This document shows positions 22,465 through 33,573 of a stretch of DNA of 64,000 nt, piece by piece (the stretch's first letter is position 1; each line of letters starts with the position of its first letter). Below the pieces are notes generated by a model. The model had not been told where the DNA came from. It ran no database searches and worked only from the letters and a program-made list of their open reading frames with translations. The DNA comes from Histomonas meleagridis 2922-C6/04-290x (Eukaryota; Protista; Parabasalia): positions 408,358-472,357 of the forward strand of contig JAANOX010000085.1 of NCBI GenBank assembly GCA_020184695.1, in the 5' to 3' direction. The position numbers were made by a program, and so were the translations under genes.

Positions 22465-23348
22465 TTAAAACGTGCTTGTGTTCTTTTGAATATTAAATAT
22501 AAGGCATATTATTAATTTTGTAATATTGAGTATATTATAAATCATATTGTGTTAATCTTATAATATTGATTTTATGTTATTTATTTTTAATCTTATGATA
22601 TTGAATATATGTTGTTGATTATATTGTGTCGATCTTATTATATTGATTGCATGTTATTAATCATGTAATATTTATTATATGTAATCATATTGTCCATATT
22701 CAATGTGAGTATTTTTTATGAATTAGAGAATATGTTGATTTTTACTGAGTTATAAACCATAAATATCTATGTTAACATTACTCATTTTTGTTGGAAAGCT
22801 CCACAACTATATGTAGATTTTATGAAATTTATTGAATGTGCAAATAATTAAGTTCTATTTCATAAATGCAAAGTTCTATTGGTATATTGTGCTGTAAAAA
22901 AAATCTATTTTAAAATTATTATCACATTAATTTTAATTTCATTTTCCTACAATTTAACAATATAATCTTTTGTTGAATATAATCTCATAAAAGTAGTTGT
23001 TAATCAAAAACATATAAAATCTATTAAAATTATTACCAAAAAATTCATATTTATTATGGTAAATTCTAAAAGTATATCATTTTAATATGCTTACTACAGA
23101 TTCCAAGCAAGTTAAAGTTTTGCAAGTAACTTTCTTAAAATGGAAAATGAACTGTTTCTTTTTCTAAACGATGATGCAACTGATGAAATTCTTATTATAT
23201 AAGAAAGAAATACCTTAAGAACAATTGTAGATGTAAAAATCAATGAAATCAAATATATTCTTATAAAAATCCTGTATGATCTTTGTAATGTTGTTTCCAA
23301 CAATTTTTTGTAGTTTTTCTTATAATACACTTTAAAATATTATTGTGC

Positions 23349-25104
23349 TTATGTATTTAAGTTTTGCTTTGTGATTATATTTGTTAATAGGTAAAATCTA
23401 TAATGTATATTGCGATTTTGATGATTTTCATATGTTTGAATGTTTATATCAACTTTTGTTTTGGTACAATTATTTCGATTGTTTTCTGCGGACATTTGAT
23501 CTTTGAGTTGATTTTGATTATTAGCAATACTCGCTTCATCTCTATTTCTTGTTGTAAATGAAGGTTTAATGTTTATAGAAGAGGAATCTGAATTGGAATT
23601 TTCATTTGTACTTTTTCCAAGAAGTAAATTTACTATTTTTATGTAACCATTTTGTTGTGCAATTTGAATTGCAGTAAAATATTATTAAAACATATATAAA
23701 ATTATAAAAATGAATATTTTTTGCATTAACATCAATTCCTTTATCTAAAAGTAATTTTATTATTTCTATATTATTATTTCTAACTGCTATATGAAGTGCT
23801 GTTTCAAATTATTAAAACATATTCCAAATTATTAAAACATATTCCAAATTATTAAAACATGTTCCAAATTTTTCAAATGAATATATTTTGATTAACATCA
23901 ATTCCTTTTTGTTCTAAAACATATTTCACAAGTTCAACATTTCCTGATTCTAAGGCAAATGGCAAAATATTTTTTGGAATTTGATTCTTTTGAAGGAAAT
24001 ATTTTACTAAATACAAATTTCCATTTCTTGCTGATTCGTTTATATTATCAGCATAAATATCAATTCCTTTTTCTGCCAAAAATGCTAAAATTTCATAATT
24101 ATCTTTTTTAATACAAAAACTTACCAAATCTTTAGTTTTATCTTCAGACATTTTTGGTATTGATTGTATTTTTTCCAATTCATTTTCATAAATATATTTA
24201 AAGATATCATTTCGATGAAATTCAATTGCAGTTTCATATGCACCTTCAAATGATGAATGATTCTGTATACACAAATGAATAATTTCTTCATTTCCACCTG
24301 CAACTGCATATTTACCTGTATTTGTTATATTTGAATTATTCATAAGTAAATATTTGAAACATTTAATTGATCCAAAGAATGCTGCATAATCAATTAATGT
24401 AACATTTTCTTGATTAATGAATGAACACCTTTCATAAAGTGATGGCTTTATTGTCTGATTAAAATCAAAGTTTGTTTGTGATGATATTTCTTGAAGTTTT
24501 TCTATTTCATCATTCCGAATTGTTTGCGCAATTTCATTTGGATTAAAACCTTCTTTAATATACTTCTTATGGAGCTCCCAATCATTTTTCGAAAGTTCTT
24601 CATAATGATCTTTAAAGTACTTTTCTATTGGATCATTTCTATATGCCATATGGTTTTGATTTTCTTTTTCTGTTTTATAATGAGCAAAATATCTCGATTT
24701 AATTTTTTTGGTGATATTTTTATCAATCAAATTTTGTTCAATTAGTTTCTCGATTAAATAATATGATTCTTGTGTGTTAATTTTAGATATACGTTTGATA
24801 AAAATTGGGGTTGGTTTAACAATATTTTGATTAATTTCTTCTTCTTTCGTTTGAAGTGTTTTTAAAAAATTTAAGTAAATATCAAATTCATGGTTTGATG
24901 ATGAAAAAGCATTGTAAATGATGCTAATTTTAATGATATTAAATGTGTAGGGAAAATTTGAATCAAAATATCCCAATACTTTTTAACTGAAACCTGAAAA
25001 TTTTCTTCGGTTAAACTGAGTATCGTTTTCTCAAGCTCACTTAGGAATTTCAAGTAGGGTGATAAATTATTCAAATTTTTATCTTTTGTGCTTATGGCAT
25101 GCAT
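23349..25104 (-). CDS. DUF3447-like plus ankyrin protein with interrupted repeats (locus B); apparent 1-nt indels near 24980 and 23890
   Basis: ORF 23873-24976 plus an upstream frame from ATG 25104 homologous to the locus D N-terminus; blocks 23803-23885 (83 nt) and 23676-23718 (43 nt); final open segment of 108 codons to TAA 23349. Confidence 0.65.
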
Positions 25105-26210
25105 GTGCTCTGGCGAAATCAAAGCCTTAAATAAAATTATGTAATTTCTGAAGTTTACGATTATCACTTTTGACTTTTTGAGCGAAAACTGAAACCCGCA
25201 ACGTTTAGGAAACAACGTATATTTGGGTGGTTACGAACCTGGTTTTGATGAGTGTTATTCAAATATGGCAATGATAGAGTAGCGGAAAAAACCCCTTTAA
25301 ATCTAATAAATATATTTAGCATCAAAACTGTAAAGCAGAAATGCTTTGTAGCTCATTTTTGTCTAATTGCCAATTCATTCAAAGGTTGTTGATGTAAAAG
25401 TACTTGGCTCGAAATCCTGATTTGGATATTTTTTTTGCATTTTCGAAATATAAAATTATTAAAAACATGATATTTTTGGTTTTTTAGAATAAAATAATTA
25501 ATTAATGGCATGCAATTAATAAAATATCCAATAGTAATTGTTTAAATTGATCTTTTTTGGTTCTTTAGCAAAACAGGGCACCTGGATGGGTCCCTTCGGT
25601 CCCTCAATTTTTACTTATTTTTTGCATTTTATCATGAAAAGATTGTTTTATTAAACGATTTCCCATCTGATAAAAGAACTGAAAGTTTTAGAATCTGTGA
25701 TCTTATTCTTATTTCGCAAGATTAAAAATTGAATAGACTAATAGAAAATATTCAGATATATGATGCTTTTTATTACTTTTTGTGAAATTTACTCCAGTTT
25801 TTCATAAAGGGACCCTTAAAGAAGTTTTTCCGGCTTAAAGGCATTTTTACCGGTTCTCTAGCTTTAAAACACAGCAACAGACTTAGTCAAAATGGCAACG
25901 AACTTCGTTAACTTATATTTATTTCAAAACCCATTCAAACACGGCGGCCAAACTTAGTTAACCAAACGATAAGACATAAAAAATTGTTTGGTTTATTTTT
26001 AAAAAAATAGCATTTCTGAAGGAATTGTGATGTGAAAAATGATTGTTGCCATATGGCAATATGGTACGATTGCCCCATGTTGAAAGAGTCTAGATTAAAG
26101 CATATGTTCTTGTTTGTTTCTGTACTTAAAATAATGAATACTTACATGTTAGATTTGGGAAGATTTGAAAAAATATTTTCAAGAAGTGACTTTAAATGAT
26201 CATAAATAAA

Positions 26211-26217
26211 AACCGTT
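26211..26217 (+). promoter_or_regulatory. AACCGTT, M3/Myb-like element
   Basis: About 73 nt upstream of the eIF5 ATG. Confidence 0.4.
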
Positions 26218-26289
26218 TATGATTATGCAAAAGAAAAGTGACAAAACTTTATAGCCATACTTTAGGGGTGGTCAGGTACACATTTTCCA

Positions 26290-27516
26290 ATGCCAGCTAA
26301 AATACCTATGATCCCAATCAAAAAAGATGCCGACGAACATTATCGTTACAAAATGCCTAGAATAACAGCTAGACCTCAGTCATCAGGAAATGGAGCTAAG
26401 ACATCAATTCTTAATGGTAAAGCAGTGGCCAAAGCTATCGGTCGACCAGTCAACTATCTTACACAATGGTTTGGCTATGCATTTGCAGTTCAAGCTAAAC
26501 AACAACCCAAGCAAGATATCATTCTCTTAAACGGTAATCATTCAGAAGGCAAAAAATTGCTCAACTCTTTGTATGAGTTTATTGACAACTTTGTTCTTTG
26601 CCCTGTTTGTCAAAACCCTGAAACCACCTTTGAAAAGAAGAATAATATGTTATTCCTCCATTGTCATTCATGTGGTAATGAATCTCCATGCCAAGCCAGC
26701 AAGTCAAGTGCTTACATCCAGAAGATGCACGATTGGATTCTCAGCCACATTACCGAAGAAACCAAAAATTCCAGTAATGTTACCACACAAATCAAGAAGA
26801 AAGGAGCTGAATCCAACGCGGACTTCCCTAAGGCCAATGGTCAAGGAGTTTATATTAATACTGAAGAATTGTCTGCAATATTGAAAACGTTAGAGCCGTC
26901 TCAAGATGACACCAATCGGAAAGCTACTGTAACTGAAGAAGAAGCCGATGAATTTTTCAAGCAGCTTACAGATCTTTGTAATTCCGATACACCAGATTCC
27001 GAAATATATCCAAAACTTTCCGCGTTCTCCACCAAAGCTGGTTACAACAACTCGTCACGTCTTATGCTTACTTTCCAAGCTGTTTTCACTGGTCATGTCA
27101 AAGATATTCTTGATGTCATTTCAAAGCATCGCGATCTTTTAATTCTTGTTACACTCGAGGAAACATCACAGCGTGAACTCTTGAGCATGATGAGCCAATA
27201 CGTCACTAAGACACATCCTGAATTGATGTCATCTGCGCCCGTTATATGGCATTCACTTTTTGATAACGAAATTGTCGAAGAAAGCGCACTCAAGACATGG
27301 CTCAAGAAGACATCGGCACGTTTCGAAAAGGATAAAGCAAAGGCATCGAGCTTGAGGAATGACGTTTTGAAGCAATTCTATCAATGGCTTGACACAGCTA
27401 AATATGAGGAAGTCGTGGAAGAAAAGAAAGACGAAGAAGAGAAAGAAGAGGATGAAAAGAAAGAAGAAACAAAGGAGAAAGAAGAAGAAGACGAAATTGA
27501 TATCGATAGCATTTAA
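26290..27516 (+). CDS. eIF5: Translation initiation factor eIF5
   Basis: YRYKMP, GNGAKT, FIDNFVLCPVCQNPET zinc-binding region and C-terminal W2 domain with aromatic/acidic boxes. Confidence 0.92.
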   Translation: MPAKIPMIPIKKDADEHYRYKMPRITARPQSSGNGAKTSILNGKAVAKAIGRPVNYLTQWFGYAFAVQAKQQPKQDIILLNGNHSEGKKLLNSLYEFIDNFVLCPVCQNPETTFEKKNNMLFLHCHSCGNESPCQASKSSAYIQKMHDWILSHITEETKNSSNVTTQIKKKGAESNADFPKANGQGVYINTEELSAILKTLEPSQDDTNRKATVTEEEADEFFKQLTDLCNSDTPDSEIYPKLSAFSTKAGYNNSSRLMLTFQAVFTGHVKDILDVISKHRDLLILVTLEETSQRELLSMMSQYVTKTHPELMSSAPVIWHSLFDNEIVEESALKTWLKKTSARFEKDKAKASSLRNDVLKQFYQWLDTAKYEEVVEEKKDEEEKEEDEKKEETKEKEEEDEIDIDSI

Positions 27517-27656
27517 TAAATTCTTTTAATATTAAATATCTTTTTGTGGTATTGAAAATATTATTTACACCAACGAAACAAAAAATAAAAAATTATATAA
27601 CTTAAAAAACATCAAGCAAAGAATTGTCAAATTATAGTTATCGCATTTTATTTTGC

Positions 27657-27824
27657 ATTCAATTCCCAGTTGGACGCCTTCATCGCTTCCTTCGTTAAGG
27701 TCGATATCGAGATCGTGTTGGAGCAGGTGCTATTCGTAATGATGAAGAATTTAACAAACTTTTTGAAAATTTAACAATTTTATCTGTAGGTGTTGTTCCA
27801 CGTATTCACAAAGAAGAAGAATGA
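27657..27824 (+). pseudogene. H2A: Histone H2A pseudogene with internal deletion
   Basis: Translates IQFPVGRLHRFLR*GRYRDRVGAGA-IRNDEEFNKLFENLTILSVGVVPRIH; in-frame TAA at 27696; central helices missing; no start codon. Confidence 0.88.
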
Positions 27825-28155
27825 GTAATGATATTAAAACTTTATTTTGATAATTTTCAGATTTTTTCATGATAAAAACGAGGTGTATTTAAAATTAAAA
27901 AAAGAATATTTTTTCTTAAAATATATATTCTGATTCATTTTAATGTGCTGTTGTTTGTGGTAACTTTTTTGCTTGTGTAAAGAAAAAGTAAAATATCATT
28001 AAACATCATTTCACCATTTTTCATCATTGACTTCAACTCCAAATTGTTATGAAGATAACCCAAAAAATTTGAACAAAGATATTCTTCTTTTATGGTAGAA
28101 ATTATTTTTTAACGGTAAAAACACATGTTAATAATTATTAACAGCATATATTTAT

Positions 28156-30036
28156 TTAGTTTTGTTGTTTTTTTAGTCTTTCAATTTCATCCTCCAAAAC
28201 TTTTGCCTTTTCATGATATATTTTTTCTATCTGCGCCGCTTTATTTTGTAAGTCGCTTTGTATTTCCAAATGTCTTTCGTGCAACTTTTTGGTTGCATCG
28301 ATCATTTTTGTTATATTACTTTCAAGCATTGTATTTTTCTTTATAGTTTCTTCCAATTTTTTATTTGTTTCATCCAAAGTTTTTCTTAATTCTTCGATTT
28401 TTGCTTCAAGTTCTGCGACTTTTTGTTTTTCTCTATCTCTTTCTTTCATACATTCTTCGAGTTCTTTAGATCTATTTTCCATTTGCATTCTTTGTGCTAA
28501 TGCTTGTTGTAACTTTGATGTATAAGGTTGAGCAGATTGAGCTCTCATTTGTTCAATTTGTTGTTGATAATCGTCTTGAATTTTTTTGACTCTAATTGCC
28601 ATTTCTTCATGAATCTCTTGACGAATTTTTGCTTCTCGTTGATTTATATCTTTAATTTCATCGCTTTCTATATCTTCTTCATTATCATCGCTCATTGAAT
28701 CGAAATTTATCGCAGCAATTGGTAAGTCTTCATCATCATATTCATTATCTTCTTCACCATTTCGAACATTACATTCAACAGCTTCTGCTGCAAATTGTAA
28801 TGAAAATAATGTGTCATCAAATTGTGCGGTGGATGGAGATATGTTAACAATTACAGAAGACATTGTTGCTTTTTTACCATTCGGTTCAAAGAAATCTCTA
28901 AATAACTCAGTAAGCTTTGATTCGCGAAATGGAATTTGCGCATATCCGCCTTTGTTAATTTTGCGGATTTCGCGAATACATCTTCCTAAGACTAACATTG
29001 ATCGATTAATATTACAAGCTTCAGCTACAACTTGCGCATTTGTTTCTGTTGGTGATACACGTTCTGAACCTGCCAAATCAACTATAGATAAACGCGTACA
29101 TTTGATTTGACTTAAATTTGTTGTACGCTTTCCATTGATGATTGGTATTGTCACAAGTTTTAACATAAATATACAATGTGAACGTGAACTTTTCGCATTA
29201 CATTTCGTAGAACATTGACGTCGTGCTGTATCAATGTTTTTTAACATTTGCATTAAGTCTTCATTAGAATTACATTCTTTCTCGATTGCGCCTTTAACTG
29301 TCGTTTGACCAAATCCATCTTTACCAATTCGTAGTGTTTTAGTTGTATCGCCAAAAAGATCCATAATTTTCTCATTATATACTTCGACACATGAAATTAA
29401 AAGACCTCTTTCAGTGTTCTTTGGTGGAGCTGTAGCTAAAAGTGTTTTAACAATTCGTGGAATTAAACCAGGCTCTTGTGGTGTCCCTTGTACAGTAAAT
29501 GTTTTTCCAGCACTCGTGGCACCATAAGCAAAAAGTAATGCATCAACATCATGCATAAAACGTCGTAGAAGTGGCATGGCAACTTTGTCAAATATTTCGG
29601 CCTGTGAAGCTTCACTATTAAATACTTCACTAAATGTATACATTCTTTCTGCGAAATGCTTAAAATTTTGTGCTCGGGGTGGTGGTCGAGCTATAACTTC
29701 ATTCCCCTTAATTTCAATATCAGCGGGTTCTTCGTTAGGAAAAAGTGGTCGTATTCGAAGAAATACTCGTACATCTGCATCTGGATTTGGAGTACGATGT
29801 GGACGCATGATTGTTTTTGGAGCCTGTGGTGTTACAACTATGTGCTCAGGATTTCGGCGTGCTTGAGGTGTTGAAATCATTTTAACAGGCGTTTTTGAAA
29901 TATTTTGATTAAATTTTATGTTTTCTTTCCCATGAAATGATGTGTCATCTTCATATTTTTGGAGTTTGCTTGCTGTTGGGATCTTATTACTAACCTCATT
30001 AAATACTTTTTTAAAGATATTATCTTTTGAAAACAT
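28156..30036 (-). CDS. Kinesin motor protein, probably kinesin-6-like
   Basis: RVFLRIRP, LFAYGATSAGKTFT, SSRSH, VDLAGSER and IPFRESKLT motifs, followed by a coiled coil. Confidence 0.9.
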   Translation of the reverse strand: MFSKDNIFKKVFNEVSNKIPTASKLQKYEDDTSFHGKENIKFNQNISKTPVKMISTPQARRNPEHIVVTPQAPKTIMRPHRTPNPDADVRVFLRIRPLFPNEEPADIEIKGNEVIARPPPRAQNFKHFAERMYTFSEVFNSEASQAEIFDKVAMPLLRRFMHDVDALLFAYGATSAGKTFTVQGTPQEPGLIPRIVKTLLATAPPKNTERGLLISCVEVYNEKIMDLFGDTTKTLRIGKDGFGQTTVKGAIEKECNSNEDLMQMLKNIDTARRQCSTKCNAKSSRSHCIFMLKLVTIPIINGKRTTNLSQIKCTRLSIVDLAGSERVSPTETNAQVVAEACNINRSMLVLGRCIREIRKINKGGYAQIPFRESKLTELFRDFFEPNGKKATMSSVIVNISPSTAQFDDTLFSLQFAAEAVECNVRNGEEDNEYDDEDLPIAAINFDSMSDDNEEDIESDEIKDINQREAKIRQEIHEEMAIRVKKIQDDYQQQIEQMRAQSAQPYTSKLQQALAQRMQMENRSKELEECMKERDREKQKVAELEAKIEELRKTLDETNKKLEETIKKNTMLESNITKMIDATKKLHERHLEIQSDLQNKAAQIEKIYHEKAKVLEDEIERLKKQQN

Positions 30037-30264
30037 TTTTGGAATTTTGAAATTGTAAACGTACTTTAAAATATAACATTCAAAATTCTCATTCTAAAAG
30101 CAAAATTAAACAACCAAATTAATATTATTAATAAAAGATCTACCAAAAATGTTATGAAGTATGAAATATTTTGATTTTTATTTATTTCTTATTTTTCAAT
30201 TGATATTGTATAAATGTCAACAAAGATTTTATTAATGCGTTTTCATTGAAATAAAAATTAAAAT

Positions 30265-31341
30265 TTACAAACATTTATTAACCAATTCTATAAGCGGATC
30301 TTCATTTGTATTTAATGGTAATTCAGAGTATTGACTTTTACAGTCATATCCGATTACTACATCTTCTTCATTAAATTGTTGTCTTTGAGAACTAATTGTT
30401 CCAAGTAAATCTAAATCAAATATTTCATAATTTTCATGTTGAAATTCCGTTTTAACGCGATTGTTTTGTATGTTTTGGTGAATCGCTTCAATGATTTTGT
30501 CAATTGATTTCTTTTCTGACGCAGGTTTTGAATATAGAAAGATTACAGGTTCTGAATCAGAATCAGTATCTGACATTTCTTCTTCAATTATTTCCTGAAC
30601 TTTTCGACGTCGTTCAATGTCTTCTGGTGTTGCTTTAGGTGATCGGACTTCAAAATATTTATTTATATCAGTATTCCCATCTTGTTTACGGAGGGCTTCG
30701 GCAGCATTTTCACACTTCATTGATTTAATAGCACGTTTTGGTGACTGAAGAATTTGTTTTTTGGCTTTAGCTTTTTGTGGTGATGGAGAAATAAGAAAAT
30801 CTGTTGGATCTTTGTAAACAATCGTATCAAGAAGTACTTCAATCCAATTTTGGAGTACAATAGGAACCTTCCTCTCAAATGAAATTGGAGCATTTGAACT
30901 TGTAATAATGTAATCAACATTTTTATCTAGGAAATTACAGATATTTCCACCCATACTTTGAACCATGGATGAAAGGCGTTTTTCGTTTTGTTGGTTAATT
31001 GATAAAAAACCTATGTTCTTCTTGTATAAAAAAAGATTAGTAAAAAATTTCCACTCTGTTTCAAGTAAAAAAGGATTAATGTTCATTGCCTTCATTTGCT
31101 GGAGGCAAAACGGAGTAATAGTTATCCATTTGCAATTTTTTTTCATGAATAAAAATAATTCATTTCGTGGAACAATTCTTAATGAAAGAGTAGGTACAAA
31201 TTTCTCGACAAAAATAACATCAGGGCATGTGTTTTTGAGTGTAGAAATGATCTTATTTTTCTCTGATATTGAAATTGAAGGAGAAACTAATACTTGCATC
31301 TGGAAATTGTAAACGTACTGATTTTGTTCGGTCGATTTCAA
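30265..31341 (-). CDS. BRCT-domain protein
   Basis: LSSMVQSMGGNIC..VDYIIT..VPIVLQNWIE fits the BRCT pattern. Confidence 0.6.
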   Translation of the reverse strand: MKSTEQNQYVYNFQMQVLVSPSISISEKNKIISTLKNTCPDVIFVEKFVPTLSLRIVPRNELFLFMKKNCKWITITPFCLQQMKAMNINPFLLETEWKFFTNLFLYKKNIGFLSINQQNEKRLSSMVQSMGGNICNFLDKNVDYIITSSNAPISFERKVPIVLQNWIEVLLDTIVYKDPTDFLISPSPQKAKAKKQILQSPKRAIKSMKCENAAEALRKQDGNTDINKYFEVRSPKATPEDIERRRKVQEIIEEEMSDTDSDSEPVIFLYSKPASEKKSIDKIIEAIHQNIQNNRVKTEFQHENYEIFDLDLLGTISSQRQQFNEEDVVIGYDCKSQYSELPLNTNEDPLIELVNKCL

Positions 31342-31404
31342 TATTTCATTTTTGCCATATTTTCATTATAATTTAATCGTATTTGACATTTCATAAAGCT
31401 TCAA

Positions 31405-33375
31405 ATGAAGCAAGTGAAAGATAATCAAAATGAAATAGAAACACTTCTTTTTATTCAGAAAGTAATTTTTAATTTAAACAAAAATAATATTTTTCAATCT
31501 GCAAATGAAATAATTAACATATTGGATACGATCTATCCATTATCTTTTAATATGATTGTTAGCCAAATTGTGTACAACACATTTGTTATAAAAATGAATG
31601 ATTCTGATATATATCTGAAATTTCTTAAAGAAATTGAAAATTTTGAAAAAAATAAAAGAATCAAACCAATGATTTTCGAAGTATTTTCGAATTTTCTTCT
31701 TCAAAAATATACACAAGAATCAAATTATCTTATTGAATTTATGATTAGACAAAACATTCTTAATTCAACAATCGTACAAAACCAAAACAATCCATATTTT
31801 GTACATTATACATCATGTGATAATTTTACTTATACAAGTAAACTTAATGGATATATAGGATCCTATTTTTTATATATTAAAGAAAACTATAAAGAACTTT
31901 CAAAAAATAATTGGGAACTTCATAAGCAATTAATTAAAGAAGGAGTTAATCCAAATGAAATAACAAAAATAATTAGAAATGATGAAATAGAAAAACTTCA
32001 AGAAACATCGTCACAAACAGATTTTAATTTTAATCAACAGATTACACCATCACTTTATGAAAGATTCTCATTTGTTAATCATTTTGTCACACTAATTGAT
32101 TATGCAGCATTTTTTGGATCAGTTAAATGTTTTAAATATTTACTTATGAATGGTGCAAGTGTAGAAAATACAGGTGAATATGCAGTTGCAGGTGGAAATC
32201 TTGAAATTATTCATTTATGTGAACAAAATTATTCATCATTTAATGAGTATTCATATAAAACAGCAATTCGATTTCATCAAAATGATATCTTTTATTATCT
32301 CTATGATAATAAAATTGTTGAAATTAATCAAGGAAATTTGGCAAAAAAATGCATTTTATATCATAACTATGAAATTTTGTTATATTTGATTAATAAAGGA
32401 ATGAAAATTAAAAATTATATGATTAATGAAGCTGCATATAATGGAAATATTTATCTTCTTAAATATCTCCTTAATGAAAATGACATACCAAAAAATATTT
32501 TGGTTTTTGCAATCAAATCAGAAAACTTTGAACTTATTAAATATGTATTAGAACAAAACATAAATCTAAATGCAAAAGATGTTTATTTGTTTCATAGGAA
32601 GATGTTTGTTCAAAAAAAAATTTAGTAATTTTTTAAATAAATTCAGACAGCACTTATATATGCAACTAATAAAGGTTATATAGAAATCATTAAATTATTA
32701 CTTGAAAAAGAAGAAATTGATATTAATGCTAAAAATATAAATTTGTTTTAATTAAAGTCTTTTTTAATAATTTTATGTTTCATAATTATATATGGAAATT
32801 ATATTATGTATTTATTACAGCTCTTATGGAAGCATCTGAAAAAGGTAATATCGAAATAGTTAAATTACTTCTTGAACAAGAAAAAATTGATATCGATGTT
32901 AAAAATATTTATTTGTTTTATTTAATATTTATTTTAATAATTTGAAGTCCTAAAATTAATTTCGGATTTTATTTAAATTATTTTGGACAGTACTTTTTTA
33001 TGCAATAAGGAGTGAACATATCGAAATCGTTAAATTACTTCTCCAGCAAAAAGGTATTGATGTTAATATCCAAAATATTTATAAATTTAAAACAAGTTTA
33101 ATTTAAGTATTTAGTTGTTTCTAAATAATATTTGGAAATCATTCACATTATTTCAAACACCACTTATGCTTGCATCGAGAATAGGTAACATAAAAATTGT
33201 TAAGTTACTTCTTAAACAAAAAGGAATTAATATCAATTGCAAAAATAAAATTTATTTAAATATTTTAATGTTTTAAAATAATAAATAAAAATTATTTTAA
33301 TTATTTGAAACTGCTTTGACTATTGCCAATAAAAATGGTCATTCAGATATAGTTAAATTAATTTGTAAGAAGTGA
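31405..33375 (+). CDS. DUF3447-like plus ankyrin protein with micro-exon/17-nt-spacer-interrupted repeats (locus C)
   Basis: Main ORF 31405-32625; four stop-free 87-nt ankyrin segments start at 32647, 32817, 32987 and 33157; final segment 33310-33375; intervening blocks of 69, 83, 83, 83 and 66 nt. Confidence 0.8.
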
Positions 33376-33573
33376 TTCTTCTTAAACTAATTCTTCATGA
33401 TCAAGAAGGAATTTCAACAACAAATAACTGAATCAAGCAAGTGTCATGAATTGCTATGGGGATAGGTGAGTAAATCTGTGTCGCATGATTTTTTGAAATT
33501 TTATCTAAAAATGAAGATCTTCATTTTGAGACGGAGACCGTTTAATGTAAGGAATGAAAAAAGTGCCTTTAAA

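Noticed and set aside
22510-22660. Degenerate ~35-40-bp AT-rich tandem repeat (ATATTGTGT/AATCTTAT..ATATTGA)
   Set aside because: Low complexity, with no phased codon pattern like the ankyrin blocks and no coding support.
25588-25816. 9-bp inverted repeat GGGTCCCTT/AAGGGACCC as possible transposon ends
   Set aside because: Too short, does not extend and shows no TSD.
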